A stretch of 64,000 nt of DNA from a virus. The stretch is taken from positions 1-64,000 of IMG/VR virus record IMGVR_UViG_3300045836_000088; one strand, given 5' to 3'. A program made the position numbers and the translations under genes. The stretch's first letter is position 1. Each line of letters opens with the position of its first letter. The notes under the pieces are model-generated. The model saw nothing but the letters and a program-made list of their open reading frames with translations, ran no database searches and was not told where the DNA came from. Positions 19,301 to 29,450 of the stretch are shown here, one piece after another.

Positions 19301-21446
19301 CTGGCTCAACGCTATTGCTACTGCCTGTTTGTTGGCTTTCTTCTTGCCGAATTTCGCCTCCGTTCTCTGGTATGTTTTCCCCTTGTGCAGTTCCTTGATG
19401 TTCGCTGACACTGTTTTGCTCGATGTTCCCTTCTTGAGCGGCATTGTTTGGTTCCTCCTTATTTATAATAGGTTCAATACCTTCATTAACTGGCGCAGCT
19501 TCGCTTTGCTCTTGGTTTGGTAATACTGGTGCCTCAGTTGGCGTATTACCAACTCCTTGTTCTTCTTGTAGTTTATCATTGGGTTGTTTTTCTACCTGTT
19601 CAAGGTCATATCTTGACTTACTGATGTTTTCTTTCTTACCGTCAGGATAAATCTTTTGGTATTTACCTGTTTCATCATCACCAACATACTGCACCTTCTT
19701 CCCATAAGCAATTGACTTTAACTTGTCATTAGCTTGGTCAATCTTGTCAATAAGTAATTGCTCCTCTTTTGAAGGAATATCTTTAACTGCCGGATCATGG
19801 CTTTCTTTAGCTTTTTGTAGCTCGTTTAAGCGATTAACTAGTTCATCCCTGCCATTGATGAGGTCTACTGCTTTAACTTGCTTAGATGGCTTAATATCGC
19901 GTGGTAAGGACTTGGCTATTCTTGCAATATTATCTACTTGCTTAAAAGTAGCGTCCATTTCTTCAGGCGACCATTTATCAGGCTTGTTTTGGTCAAAACC
20001 ATGATTATATAGGTCTTCTTTAACTTTATTAACATTCTCCTCGCTTGGGTCGCGCATTAAGCTTTCCACAACACTATTCTTGTAATTAGAATAAGGCGTA
20101 AGCTTGCCTAAATCGCCTATTGTTCCCAATGCGCCGAAGAAAGGGGCTTGTTTAGTAGCAGTATCATAAATACCACTGGCTAAGTCACCTAAATTCTCAT
20201 TAAAAACGGGCTTATCATTAAGCACATCAACGCCTTTTTTCAGCAGGAAGTTAGAGCCTTGTAATGCAGATAAATCAACTACAGCTTTATTATAGTGCTT
20301 TATAGCATTTATTCCAGTGGTTGCAAGTTTATCACTCCATTTCTTTGCGCCGTCTTCTAATAATTGGGTGAATGCGTCTCCTGTTAATTCTTTCCCTGCC
20401 GCTTTCTTTAAAGCATCTGCTGAGATAGTCCCAACAATATCAGCTTTTACACCTGCGGGTAGCTTACCAAACAAACCATTGCCTAAGTCCCCCATAAGGA
20501 GTTTATTTACGACACCTGAACCTAATATAAAGGCATCTTTTAGGTGTGGATTGATAACTGCACCGTTCTTTTCGGCCTGATCTAAAACCTCTTTACCTTG
20601 GCCTGCACCTTGCAGGAAAAACGTAGCTCCTCCTGTTGATTCTGCCCCTGCTATCGATGGCAGAATTTCTGCTATACCACCTACGTTAGATAGTAATTTA
20701 TTATGCTCAAGATTAGCTTGGTCGCCTTGCGTTAATCCAAAGTTTGATTTTTGGTCAGCTTTATCGAAAGCTACATCAGCGGCTATTTGTCCAGCCTGAT
20801 TAAAAACGTCATCTGGTTGTAGCTTGCTTGCTACCCACGCACCCCCTTTAGCCATTTGAATAGCACCTTTGGTAGCTTTTGACCCTAAATATGCAATAGG
20901 GGCTAATAGCTTACCTGTTGGGCTACGCATAAAATCCCAATGGTCTTTTTCTTCTTGTGTTAATGGTCTTATTTCTCCCTGATCGGTCGGAGCATTCGCC
21001 ATTATCTTACGGCTGCTTTCAGGAAGACTATTAATCAATTGTTTTAAGTGATTGGATAGCTCCTGTTGTTTTTTAGTCTCTTTATCGAAGTTTTGCTTAT
21101 CTGCTTTTTGCAGATGTTCTCTCAGTGATGGGCTAGCAAATGAATATTGTAAGCTAGGTGTGCTTAATACTTGTTCATTTAAACCATTCGAAGAAACGTT
21201 TGAAACAGGCTGAGAAGTTTCTTTTTTTTTTAAGCCAACGGAATTGTAAAAATCATCCTGCGACCTGTCAAATCCTGCTACATTTTCTTTTAAAGCAGCA
21301 TAAGCGCGACTGGCATACCCGCTATCCTGCATTGCCTGTTTAAACTGTTCAGGTGTTTTATCAAACCCTTGTAAGTTATCTTTTAAGGCAGCGTAAACCC
21401 TGTCAATATAGGGTTGCTGATTGATATTTTGCGTACCGTCTGGCAT
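16332..21446 (-). CDS. large internal virion / ejection protein
   Basis: 1704 aa, helical/coiled-coil, last gene of podovirus ejection cluster. Confidence 0.7.
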   Translation of the reverse strand: MPDGTQNINQQPYIDRVYAALKDNLQGFDKTPEQFKQAMQDSGYASRAYAALKENVAGFDRSQDDFYNSVGLKKKETSQPVSNVSSNGLNEQVLSTPSLQYSFASPSLREHLQKADKQNFDKETKKQQELSNHLKQLINSLPESSRKIMANAPTDQGEIRPLTQEEKDHWDFMRSPTGKLLAPIAYLGSKATKGAIQMAKGGAWVASKLQPDDVFNQAGQIAADVAFDKADQKSNFGLTQGDQANLEHNKLLSNVGGIAEILPSIAGAESTGGATFFLQGAGQGKEVLDQAEKNGAVINPHLKDAFILGSGVVNKLLMGDLGNGLFGKLPAGVKADIVGTISADALKKAAGKELTGDAFTQLLEDGAKKWSDKLATTGINAIKHYNKAVVDLSALQGSNFLLKKGVDVLNDKPVFNENLGDLASGIYDTATKQAPFFGALGTIGDLGKLTPYSNYKNSVVESLMRDPSEENVNKVKEDLYNHGFDQNKPDKWSPEEMDATFKQVDNIARIAKSLPRDIKPSKQVKAVDLINGRDELVNRLNELQKAKESHDPAVKDIPSKEEQLLIDKIDQANDKLKSIAYGKKVQYVGDDETGKYQKIYPDGKKENISKSRYDLEQVEKQPNDKLQEEQGVGNTPTEAPVLPNQEQSEAAPVNEGIEPIINKEEPNNAAQEGNIEQNSVSEHQGTAQGENIPENGGEIRQEESQQTGSSNSVEPETQEQVTHSEKAKAIADKIRSLKTQKGQVYGGLQGVGAAVYDGALETAATVIEQGGKLADAIKAAVDHIKANSGGINPQEVESHFNELLGGLDELPKEVSQPEEKAIGVKKVINDALRGELGIKPLDLPKRLTMDEGLVRGKELVDNGDINPLDVISKALAHIDDPKKVGFSADEELAMNYYERQLAETKRNLISAKLDLEDELKNNPDNQEAKGNLATITQQLLNWHDLEARRLDASQIMGNAESNAFRSRQLATNEQGEILNAIDRIKTIYGSDIPDDVKKELAELQQKFDEIQAKNEKLEKQIADEQAKANVEVFKRKKSVLGIKREKKTAEQYSKERASILEDLKRDFKKSFGQANLTLPGVPQLNAIAPHVLRLVRSFSEQGIDKLDDVLTNVHDALKDVVSGITKDDIRDIIAGKYRSEKTRPELEKQIADLRAQARNLAKIAELEKGIVAKTKAKGEASPEVKALQKQVRELRKKLGNENPDASIEDIKKEVRTLQSKIDKGEFFKLPNIKRTWENNPEWIKNNKERIALKQRLRVLEKEAMNSKKSKMMRAMDWTNRWGRRVIFFASNAVYTKLASSAVLGSFLHRLPEQAVGKVASKAFPLLAKGAPIEGDVNLSAEAKWYKEFMNPVKAAKSTWSIIKSGDTELSKELSTRPHENHIPFLDLFAADGHIIIKDPVRRATFEAAFANQMKWYADNGIDATHPLMLESARQAAWKRAEYEIFQNSPKRANIFKQYLNELEKKGIENVQSASKLNKLKGDVQYAASAIYNFFIPINTVPTNMIGRSMLAFKLPYNLWKALDVNSQLKKGIDNLTTDEKEALLLHIKKGAIAAAYWTLGFYLAGKSAGGLYTKFYSDKERDKTVDVPDADYLNLFGVSIPKEVQHTYQFQAMQMGATWGIVHDHYVDDKGESQTDAILRGTYATGGAIAEGIPTVKQISNVKEAITTPQGEDKFIKDFKIRVGVQKAKDAAKLMGYNLDNDEE

Positions 21447-22852
21447 TATAATCCGTAATTAGCTGCTGACTTTTTACCTTTTACTCCGTGTTTAGCCTCT
21501 GGAATGACACCATGTCCGCCTTTAACTGATTCCATTTGATTGAGCTTACTCAAATTAATATTCTGCTCTGTAGCCATTGGAACCGCTGCGCTCAAATAGT
21601 TCGGATCATTAGGGTTAAGCCTGTATGTTTTAGCAGGAACCTTCACTGTTGTCTCTGGTAATAATTTACTTGCTTTACTGCTCTGCTCAAAAGGAATAGG
21701 CTCACCACCAAACCCTAATATTGCGCCTTGCTTATCAGGATTCTTAGCGTACTTATTCCTTAATAATGTATTAGCCTCAATATTCTTTTTATTCGGTTCT
21801 ACATGTGCCGGAAACTCAAATACATGCTCTCCTGTCTTTGGATCTATATAGATATTCGGTTGTTTATCTCCATACTGGCCTTTAGGAATAAGCGTCTTTA
21901 ATTTGGAGAAGTCTCCAGTCTGAGCCTGATTAATAAGCATAGTTTGAGCAGGTGTATATTGTGTTCCAGCTAATCCATGTTGCATTTCCCATGCCTTATG
22001 AGCATAGAAGTTATCAGGTTGTGGGTCTACTTTTTCTACCGGGGCGTGATATTCCGACACATCACCTGACGCATCTATATATTTTTGAATAGCTGCTTGT
22101 TTTGCTGCCTTTGGGTCTGCTCCAGTAAACAAATCAGGGTATATATCATTGAAGAACTTCTTAATATCAGGTCTGCTATCATACAATTGTGAATAATAAT
22201 CAGCCCTATCTTTTGGGTCAACAGTCCGACTATTTTGGGTGAATGTAGCCATCCTGTTACCAATTTTCTTTCTGATAATGGTTGGTGTTCCAAACGGTGT
22301 TTGCTTCAATAATGCCTGATCTCCCTTGTCTAGTTCATCCATAATCTTTTTATGGTCTACGGCTCTTTCTAATGAACTATAATCGCCAATAAAGTCCGGA
22401 TGGCTTAGTGGAGTATCAAAGTTTTTTAACGCTTTATTTACGGCATCATCTGTTAACTGGTGACGGGTAGCATCATTCATTAGGAATTGGTGCATCTGGT
22501 TATCTTTCACCAACTGTTGCTTTGATTCACCTACCAAACTAGATACCTGATTATAGGCTTTATCAGCGTCAGACTGTAATACAGCTTTCTTATATGGGTC
22601 TTTCTCATTCATGGCTGCGGTAGCTTTACTGCGCCAATCATTATAACCGTTTACATAATCCTTTAGGTCTGCATCACGCATACCGTCAGACTTTAACGAA
22701 GATTGTTTGTCAGCTAATTGCTTTAACTCAGCTTGCCTTTGGGCTTGCTGTCTCGCCATAGCCTGTGCATAATCAGCTAATAAAGGTTGTGTATTGATAA
22801 TTTGGGCACCACCTTTGCCTATTCCGTAAAACTGTGCGTTATCTACTGACAT
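21446..22852 (-). CDS. putative internal virion / ejection protein
   Basis: Q/A-rich helical N-terminus, position. Confidence 0.6.
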   Translation of the reverse strand: MSVDNAQFYGIGKGGAQIINTQPLLADYAQAMARQQAQRQAELKQLADKQSSLKSDGMRDADLKDYVNGYNDWRSKATAAMNEKDPYKKAVLQSDADKAYNQVSSLVGESKQQLVKDNQMHQFLMNDATRHQLTDDAVNKALKNFDTPLSHPDFIGDYSSLERAVDHKKIMDELDKGDQALLKQTPFGTPTIIRKKIGNRMATFTQNSRTVDPKDRADYYSQLYDSRPDIKKFFNDIYPDLFTGADPKAAKQAAIQKYIDASGDVSEYHAPVEKVDPQPDNFYAHKAWEMQHGLAGTQYTPAQTMLINQAQTGDFSKLKTLIPKGQYGDKQPNIYIDPKTGEHVFEFPAHVEPNKKNIEANTLLRNKYAKNPDKQGAILGFGGEPIPFEQSSKASKLLPETTVKVPAKTYRLNPNDPNYLSAAVPMATEQNINLSKLNQMESVKGGHGVIPEAKHGVKGKKSAANYGL

Positions 22853-23571
22853 TATTCTGGCTGATAGTTATTATAATCTTCGTTATATCCCGATACGTCA
22901 CCGAATTGCACAGGCGTAAATTGAGGATTACCTATAGTTAAGTATTTTGTCAATCCCGGATTTTGAGAAGCACCAAAATCGCCTGTGGGTTGTGGAGTAG
23001 TCTTGCCACCTGTAGGATTCCCACTTTGAGCCATAGCATACATACTTCCAATTTGCCCCAAATCGGTTAACCCACCTGATATATTCTGTGTTCCTGCGCC
23101 TCTTAAAGCCTGTGATTTGGCTAAGTTCTCTGAATACTTATCCTTGTAGTTGTAGTTGAAAGCATTTTGCTTCTGCTGTGCTAATATCCCTCTCTGCTGA
23201 ATTAAAGCTAATGTATTCCTATTGCGTTGCATAGCATCTTCCGCGTTAAGGTTATTATTAGCATCATTTCCGGCTCTAACAATAGAAGCTAAGTTTGCAC
23301 CGGGATTGGCACTACGGCCTAAAGTCATTAAAGCACCTGCCTGATTGCGGTTGATCGCGTTAACCTGATTGTTATATGATTGCTGCGGAATACCTTGCTG
23401 CGCCATCTGCTCCGCTGTTCTTACATTCTGCTCATATTCCGGCTGCACTGTCTCCACAGGTCTGATATTGGCCTTATCTATCTTATTAGCCTGATGATTT
23501 TGAATAGCACCGTAGGCTATTTTACCTAATGCGCCTACACCTGCTATACCTCCTGCGATTATACCACTCAT
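22852..23571 (-). CDS. putative ejection/pilot protein
   Basis: Gly/Ala hydrophobic N-terminus then Q/N-rich helices. Confidence 0.6.
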   Translation of the reverse strand: MSGIIAGGIAGVGALGKIAYGAIQNHQANKIDKANIRPVETVQPEYEQNVRTAEQMAQQGIPQQSYNNQVNAINRNQAGALMTLGRSANPGANLASIVRAGNDANNNLNAEDAMQRNRNTLALIQQRGILAQQKQNAFNYNYKDKYSENLAKSQALRGAGTQNISGGLTDLGQIGSMYAMAQSGNPTGGKTTPQPTGDFGASQNPGLTKYLTIGNPQFTPVQFGDVSGYNEDYNNYQPE

Positions 23572-24041
23572 GCTATTTCCTCCACTTTATTTAAATATGG
23601 ATTTTCATATTTCTCAAAAATCATATTGTGCAATTCTTTAGTATCTGTAAGATTATCTGGATTAGGATGATAGGTAACAAACACCACATAGTCCAATGTA
23701 AAGACAATGCGCTTTGTGCCAGCTTTAGTTACTCCCCGAAAAGGCGCATCCATTTTCTGCCATCCTGATTCCTTTGTCCAAATCAGCATAGAGCCTAATA
23801 CATGTTCAAAAAAATGGTCAGCCTTGTGGGTTTCAGATGTGAAGAAAATATTTGCGGGTACATGCCTTTCCCTACGATATAAGCCGGGAGTGACTTCCTC
23901 GTGTAATGGCATATCCGGCTGCGGCAACGCCAGCATAGCAGCTTCCATCTGCAAAATGCGATCATCAACGCTCTTTTCAGGCGTTAAATTCTCGACTAAT
24001 TGCAAGACATCTTCAAAATCAACTGCTTTTGCTATTTCCAT
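23568..24041 (-). CDS. cupin-like phage protein
   Basis: HEEVTPGLYRRERHVPA...THKADHF...GTKR motif. Confidence 0.6.
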   Translation of the reverse strand: MEIAKAVDFEDVLQLVENLTPEKSVDDRILQMEAAMLALPQPDMPLHEEVTPGLYRRERHVPANIFFTSETHKADHFFEHVLGSMLIWTKESGWQKMDAPFRGVTKAGTKRIVFTLDYVVFVTYHPNPDNLTDTKELHNMIFEKYENPYLNKVEEIA

Positions 24042-24072
24042 CTAAACCAAAGATACCCCAAATAACAAAGCG

Positions 24073-24990
24073 TTATCGGGCACCTGATTTGGACAAACTT
24101 GCGTTTACAGCTACAGAAAACAGTTTTAAAGAGGTACTTCCGTTTGTTGTGATGAGTTCTATGGTAATGTAATTTCCTTTGAGCGGTGCCCCATTAATCA
24201 GGTCTTCATTTTTGTCTCTTAAAAACCCTGCTGAATAGATACCTTCTTTGGCATACACGTTTACGATAGTGGTTCCATCTGTTAGGACATCCTTTAAAAA
24301 GTCAGTATCGATCAATTCTGATACCTGCCCTAAAGAAGTAGAAATACCGTCTGTAGTGGTGATTAAAAGTTCGTTAGCCTGAAGTACAATACTATTGAAT
24401 GTTTTAACGCTTACAGGTTGTTTATTATATACAAACTTTAACTTAGACTGGTACTGGCTCCCAAAGAAGTTATTACGGCTGTTACCGCCGTTTAGCTGGC
24501 CGTATAAGGCACCATTACTAAACAAGTAGGTGTTAGTGAATAATGAGAATCCGTAATCAGGTACAAAGGTTCTAAAGTCTGACCATTTATTGCTTTTAGC
24601 GGAATAGACAATGGTATTTTGAGCGTCATTGTCCGGTGCGGGTATTTGCGCCTGAATATTGAATAAGGCTATCTTGCAGGCTGCATTGGAATAAAATGTC
24701 AACTGCCCACCGTCTGCGGTTATCGTATCTGACACAAGCCCTGCTGTGGTGATTGTTTGTCCATTGTTTGCGCCTATAGAGCAACGTACATTACCGCTGG
24801 AAATGCTAATTACATTATAGGTGATATTATACAATGTTCCGGCAACAGGAGTAAATGATGTCAGGTGAATAGTTCCGGCATTACAACTTTCATGGATAGC
24901 GTATGTACCGTCAACACTCCATCCTGTGTCTTTAGCTGCTTGCTTCAGATCAATAATAATCGGGCTGTTTTGTAATTCGGTATAAGACAT
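24073..24990 (-). CDS. C-terminal part of tail muzzle/stabilisation protein with N-terminal beta-sandwich
   Basis: TIVYSAKSNKWSDF...RNNFFGSQY...KTFNSI...KEGIYS motifs. Confidence 0.6.
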   Translation of the reverse strand: MSYTELQNSPIIIDLKQAAKDTGWSVDGTYAIHESCNAGTIHLTSFTPVAGTLYNITYNVISISSGNVRCSIGANNGQTITTAGLVSDTITADGGQLTFYSNAACKIALFNIQAQIPAPDNDAQNTIVYSAKSNKWSDFRTFVPDYGFSLFTNTYLFSNGALYGQLNGGNSRNNFFGSQYQSKLKFVYNKQPVSVKTFNSIVLQANELLITTTDGISTSLGQVSELIDTDFLKDVLTDGTTIVNVYAKEGIYSAGFLRDKNEDLINGAPLKGNYITIELITTNGSTSLKLFSVAVNASLSKSGAR

Positions 24991-27900
24991 TATTTTAATG
25001 TTAATGAAGCTGTATTTGTTGACTTATCATAACCCATTACGGCTATATCCTGTGAATTGGCTATCAGTGATGATGTGCTTTGTTTAGTAAGCGTTACCGG
25101 TAACGTAATATCATCTACCTGCGTACCGCCGCTGTTTACAAAATCAGTACCTACCAATGACATTGTACCGCCCTTGTAGGTTGTTACCTCTACTGAAATA
25201 CTTCCTGTTCCTAAAGACTGATACCAAACTGCGTTCATTCTAACTTGTACAGGGTTTGCCACTGCCGGGAAGTCTGTATTGAACTGTTTTATATCCACAA
25301 GTATTGCTTCAACTCCGTCTCCAGTAGTATTGTCTGTACCCCAATTCAGATAAGGCGTAGCTGATCCTTGTGGAATGATACGGTTATCAGGTGGCGTACC
25401 TGTTGTTGCAGGTGGCGTAGGGTTCTGATTATAACCTACCCAATTAGTACGGCTGTTTGGATCACCATCATAAGCTGTTCCGGTATTTTCAAAACCTGTA
25501 AAGGTATCTAAGTCAACACCTGACCCTGTATGCCATACATAGCGTAATACCATGTAGTCAAAGTCAGCGAGTGATATTTTAGTCCTCGCATTGAATGTTG
25601 CAGACTGGTTTGAAATAGTCAGTGTACAACTGGTTACAGTGTTATACGCTGAAGAAGTTAATACCCTTACAATGACATTATCACCTGCATTCACTGTACC
25701 TGCTGTGGATGTAAATACGCCGCCATTAATGCTGTACTCACCACCTGTTATTGATATTGGCGCAGGAGAAGTATTACCGCTTACGGTGATTTGATCTGAA
25801 GTAACTTCCGTGCTTAGTTCCTGATTGTTTTTGTCAGTAAAGCTAAACGGATTGACGTTTTGCGTTCCCATTGTGGTTACATGGAATGATGCACTTTGGT
25901 TGCTGATAGTGAGCGTACATCCAGTTTGCACCTCATAGATGCTACTGCTCAATACCTCTACTTGTACAACATCATTGGGATTTACGGTTCCTGCAATACT
26001 TGTGAATGTGCCACCATTTATTGAGTATTGACCGCCGACAATTGAAATAGGAACAGCTATATCATTTCCAGTTACGGAAATGGTTTTTGATTGTATTTCT
26101 GTATTCAATGGTTGGTTAACAGCATCTACAAAGGAGAATGGGTTAACATTGGTGTTGCCTGCTGTCCAATTCAAACATAAATTCTTAGTTACTACACCGC
26201 CTGTCGTATTAAAGCTGAAAGTTGCAACATTATTCCCTGTAAAGTTGGCACTTGGATTAAATGTTACTTCTCCTGTTGAACTATCATAAGTATGCGTAGT
26301 ATTGGCTCCGTCTGTGATATTTGTTACATCTGTTCCGGCTATACTATAATTGTCATAAATATTCCATCCAGATGTGTCAAAAGTTACAGTTAAGAAAGAA
26401 CCGCCTGCCTGCTCTATAGATAATACAAACTCGTTATAATAAGCATCGTAGTAGCCAATAATCTTTTTGCCTGATGCGTAAGCTGCTTGTAGTGTGGCTT
26501 TGAAAAACTTGCTCATTTTGCCACTAATAGGCAACACACCATCCAGCCCTACACGTATTGGCTCACTTCTATTTGGGTCAACGAAATACCCGTTGTTGTT
26601 GTAATAACAGAAGCTTTCTTTAGCCTTGCCGATACCTATATTGCCACTTTGATTATATCTTACGTTGTTAAATAGCTTTTCGGATATAGCCACTTGTTGC
26701 TGCTCGGTGTTATCCTCAATAATCGAGATATTAACTGGTATATAGCCTACTTTTAGTTCCTGAATAACGATTAAGTATTCATTGCGCTGCCAAAGTATTT
26801 GTATAGATTCAAAACTTGATGAAGTCTGACCGTCACCATCACCATATAAGTTAGCCTTATAGAACTTGGTTAATCCGTTATTCTTACTGCCAACTACGTA
26901 ACTTTCACTAGGTATAATACTGGCTTTTAATTGCGTTGTCTCTAATTCATCATAATAACTTCGTGGTCGGCCATAAGAATTAAATGCTGAAGGGTAGAAG
27001 TCCGAAAAATTAAAGTCAGTAGCCAATACTTCATAAGCTGAATTTGGGTCTACGGCACCTGAATACTGTCTTGTTTTGTAATAAACATCCCCGTCAGTAA
27101 TCATACCACTCATTACATCGTGCATCCCGTTAGTAATGGTAAATCTTTCACCGATCTCATACCATACTGTACTATTTTGGGATGTTGATGCCGTCTGAAC
27201 TTGTTGTTTTGGCGAGTATAACCGCAGGAATACGTCTTTCCCTGCTATAGTAGTCATATCAATCGAAGATGATTTTTCAACCTTCACTAAGTATGAACCT
27301 AAGTTATACCCTAATACTTCAATATCGATACAAGGGTTATTCAGGTATGTTGGTGTTGATCCTGTTAAATAATAATGGAATGTGCATCTATCGCCATCTG
27401 AGTAGCTATACGTAAGTACAGTATTTGCCCCGGCATTGGTGTACTTTTGGTTAAACAGGTAAAGCGGATTAATCTTAATAGCAATAATGTTTCCGCTTGG
27501 TGTTAAATCACCAAACTCTTTGGGTACTATATCCCATGATTTGCCATTGAATACAACATAATCACCTGTATTGTACTGCTGAACCCCATTACCTAAATTA
27601 ATAGTACTATTAGAAAGGCTTGGTGTTGTAATTTGATATGCGTCACCTACTGTTCCTGCATTGGGGGCTAAAGTCGGAGAATTGGTTCCTGCGTTCCAAC
27701 TTCCGATATAATTAACCACATTACCCAATACATCTAGTATCTTATCAGTTGTCTTATTTTCCGTAATTAGCCATTGATAATCTACTGCACCTTCAGGGGC
27801 TGCTGCTGATGCTAACTGCCATGACAATTTAAGTGCCTGACCATTTAACTGCGCGTATGACGGTGTATTAATGATAAAGCTATTATCAGTGCATAACGGG

Positions 27901-29450
27901 AAGAACCTGCCGTATTGGTCACGATACGATAAAGCTGCTTGATAACTAGAATTATCTAAAAACGAATGAATAGAACGACTTACTGTCGCACCTGCGTTAT
28001 ACAATGTAACTGGCGCGGATTGGAGACCAAAATAAGGCTGTCCTACAATCTTTATACCTACAGAACCGGGGGCAGTATAAACAGATGATCCGGGAATTGT
28101 TTCACCGAAAGATAATACCGCATTATACAAGTCGCCATTCTGTGATGATGGGACGGTGTAAGTATATGTTAACGTATTCTGTGCGTTCCTAATGTCGGCT
28201 AACACTATAGTCAATACATCACCAGTCTGAGGACTGCCACCATATTGTACAATGATTAACCTTTTATGATTACCTAATCCGCTTCCGCTAGAACCGGCAA
28301 AGCTGTAGTCAACATAAACAGGGTTACCATTAGGATTTAGCGGAACTGTAATATTAGGGTCGTAACCTATTGGCTTTATCGTTGCTTGCGTAGTTGGCCT
28401 GTCGAAACCAACGCCTAAACCACCCAATGCAATAATATTGTTATTAATACGCTCTATTGCATTCGCATACAATGGCACATAGTCATAAGGTTGATCTGTT
28501 TCTGTAGCCGCTACGGGTATATTAATACTTTCGTTGTAAAAAAGGAAAGTATAGATATTGGTTGTAGGGTCATAAGCCTCATAAATCTCTTGCGATATAT
28601 CAATTAATGTATTAGTAAGTCCAGTTACATAAGACCTGTCAACGCTCTTGATAATATTAAAGTCAAAGGTGCCGTACCTCGCAGCTATATTAATAGTTTG
28701 CACTCTTTCGCTGCCAATATTTACAGATACTTTTATGCAATTATTTTGCGTCACATCCGTACCTACCGTTGGCGTACTCTCTTGATCTGGAACTATACGC
28801 TTTGACCATGTACCCCATGCAGAATAGGTGTAATCCATGCCAACATACTGAGAAGTAAACTGGAATAGCTTACCCTTAACAAAGTTGGATGCTTTGCCTG
28901 TATCACTTAAATAGCCTGCTGATATTGGTGTAAGGTTCTGAGGTTTAATCAAAGAGAAGTCCTCTGCTGTAACAGTTCCATATACCCCATTTTTAAGGCT
29001 TATTAGGTTAGTAAACCCAACTGGCGATGTTCCGCTTACCCACGCAATAAAAGTGTCGTTTATCAGCCTTATTTGAACGTACTCCTGTGGGTCTAAAGTA
29101 AGCAGTGATATACCGCCACTATTGGTTTTATCAGTATAGATTGGTGTTACGATATTAGTGTCGTAATCATACAATAGTATTTGATGAAATCCTGCTGAAT
29201 TATAGATAAAGGCAACAGCCTGACGAATAGATTCAAAGGCATTACAGCCAACACATTTATTTAATCCCTGCCGTTGGGTGTATGGTATAAGCGTTGTTCC
29301 TTCTATGTTGGTATTATATCCTTCTTCACCCTCAGATGTTCCGGTATTACGTAGGTTAACTGCTTTTAAATAGTCGTTCAGCGCAACCAATTCAGGTGCG
29401 CTGTTCATATCCATTCCCCCGGTAAATTGTTTTAAATCGTCTGCCTGCAT
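24990..29450 (-). CDS. tail muzzle/nozzle (stabilisation) protein with accessory Ig-like repeats
   Basis: FTGGMDMNS...YLKAVNLR N-terminus, GIGKAKESF, IIGYYDAYYNEF motifs; two ~97 aa repeats. Confidence 0.7.
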   Translation of the reverse strand: MQADDLKQFTGGMDMNSAPELVALNDYLKAVNLRNTGTSEGEEGYNTNIEGTTLIPYTQRQGLNKCVGCNAFESIRQAVAFIYNSAGFHQILLYDYDTNIVTPIYTDKTNSGGISLLTLDPQEYVQIRLINDTFIAWVSGTSPVGFTNLISLKNGVYGTVTAEDFSLIKPQNLTPISAGYLSDTGKASNFVKGKLFQFTSQYVGMDYTYSAWGTWSKRIVPDQESTPTVGTDVTQNNCIKVSVNIGSERVQTINIAARYGTFDFNIIKSVDRSYVTGLTNTLIDISQEIYEAYDPTTNIYTFLFYNESINIPVAATETDQPYDYVPLYANAIERINNNIIALGGLGVGFDRPTTQATIKPIGYDPNITVPLNPNGNPVYVDYSFAGSSGSGLGNHKRLIIVQYGGSPQTGDVLTIVLADIRNAQNTLTYTYTVPSSQNGDLYNAVLSFGETIPGSSVYTAPGSVGIKIVGQPYFGLQSAPVTLYNAGATVSRSIHSFLDNSSYQAALSYRDQYGRFFPLCTDNSFIINTPSYAQLNGQALKLSWQLASAAAPEGAVDYQWLITENKTTDKILDVLGNVVNYIGSWNAGTNSPTLAPNAGTVGDAYQITTPSLSNSTINLGNGVQQYNTGDYVVFNGKSWDIVPKEFGDLTPSGNIIAIKINPLYLFNQKYTNAGANTVLTYSYSDGDRCTFHYYLTGSTPTYLNNPCIDIEVLGYNLGSYLVKVEKSSSIDMTTIAGKDVFLRLYSPKQQVQTASTSQNSTVWYEIGERFTITNGMHDVMSGMITDGDVYYKTRQYSGAVDPNSAYEVLATDFNFSDFYPSAFNSYGRPRSYYDELETTQLKASIIPSESYVVGSKNNGLTKFYKANLYGDGDGQTSSSFESIQILWQRNEYLIVIQELKVGYIPVNISIIEDNTEQQQVAISEKLFNNVRYNQSGNIGIGKAKESFCYYNNNGYFVDPNRSEPIRVGLDGVLPISGKMSKFFKATLQAAYASGKKIIGYYDAYYNEFVLSIEQAGGSFLTVTFDTSGWNIYDNYSIAGTDVTNITDGANTTHTYDSSTGEVTFNPSANFTGNNVATFSFNTTGGVVTKNLCLNWTAGNTNVNPFSFVDAVNQPLNTEIQSKTISVTGNDIAVPISIVGGQYSINGGTFTSIAGTVNPNDVVQVEVLSSSIYEVQTGCTLTISNQSASFHVTTMGTQNVNPFSFTDKNNQELSTEVTSDQITVSGNTSPAPISITGGEYSINGGVFTSTAGTVNAGDNVIVRVLTSSAYNTVTSCTLTISNQSATFNARTKISLADFDYMVLRYVWHTGSGVDLDTFTGFENTGTAYDGDPNSRTNWVGYNQNPTPPATTGTPPDNRIIPQGSATPYLNWGTDNTTGDGVEAILVDIKQFNTDFPAVANPVQVRMNAVWYQSLGTGSISVEVTTYKGGTMSLVGTDFVNSGGTQVDDITLPVTLTKQSTSSLIANSQDIAVMGYDKSTNTASLTLK

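Noticed and set aside
17014-21343. Many + strand ORFs (up to 303 aa) opposite the 1704-aa gene
   Set aside because: Ser/Leu/Phe-rich antisense shadows of a Lys/Glu-rich coding strand; no leaders or motifs
16332-21446. crAss-type virion RNA polymerase
   Set aside because: No DxDxD catalytic motif noticed; composition fits a helical ejection protein
25580-26150. Diversity-generating retroelement TR/VR pair
   Set aside because: Repeats are in-frame domain duplications with differences at all bases; no reverse transcriptase in the window
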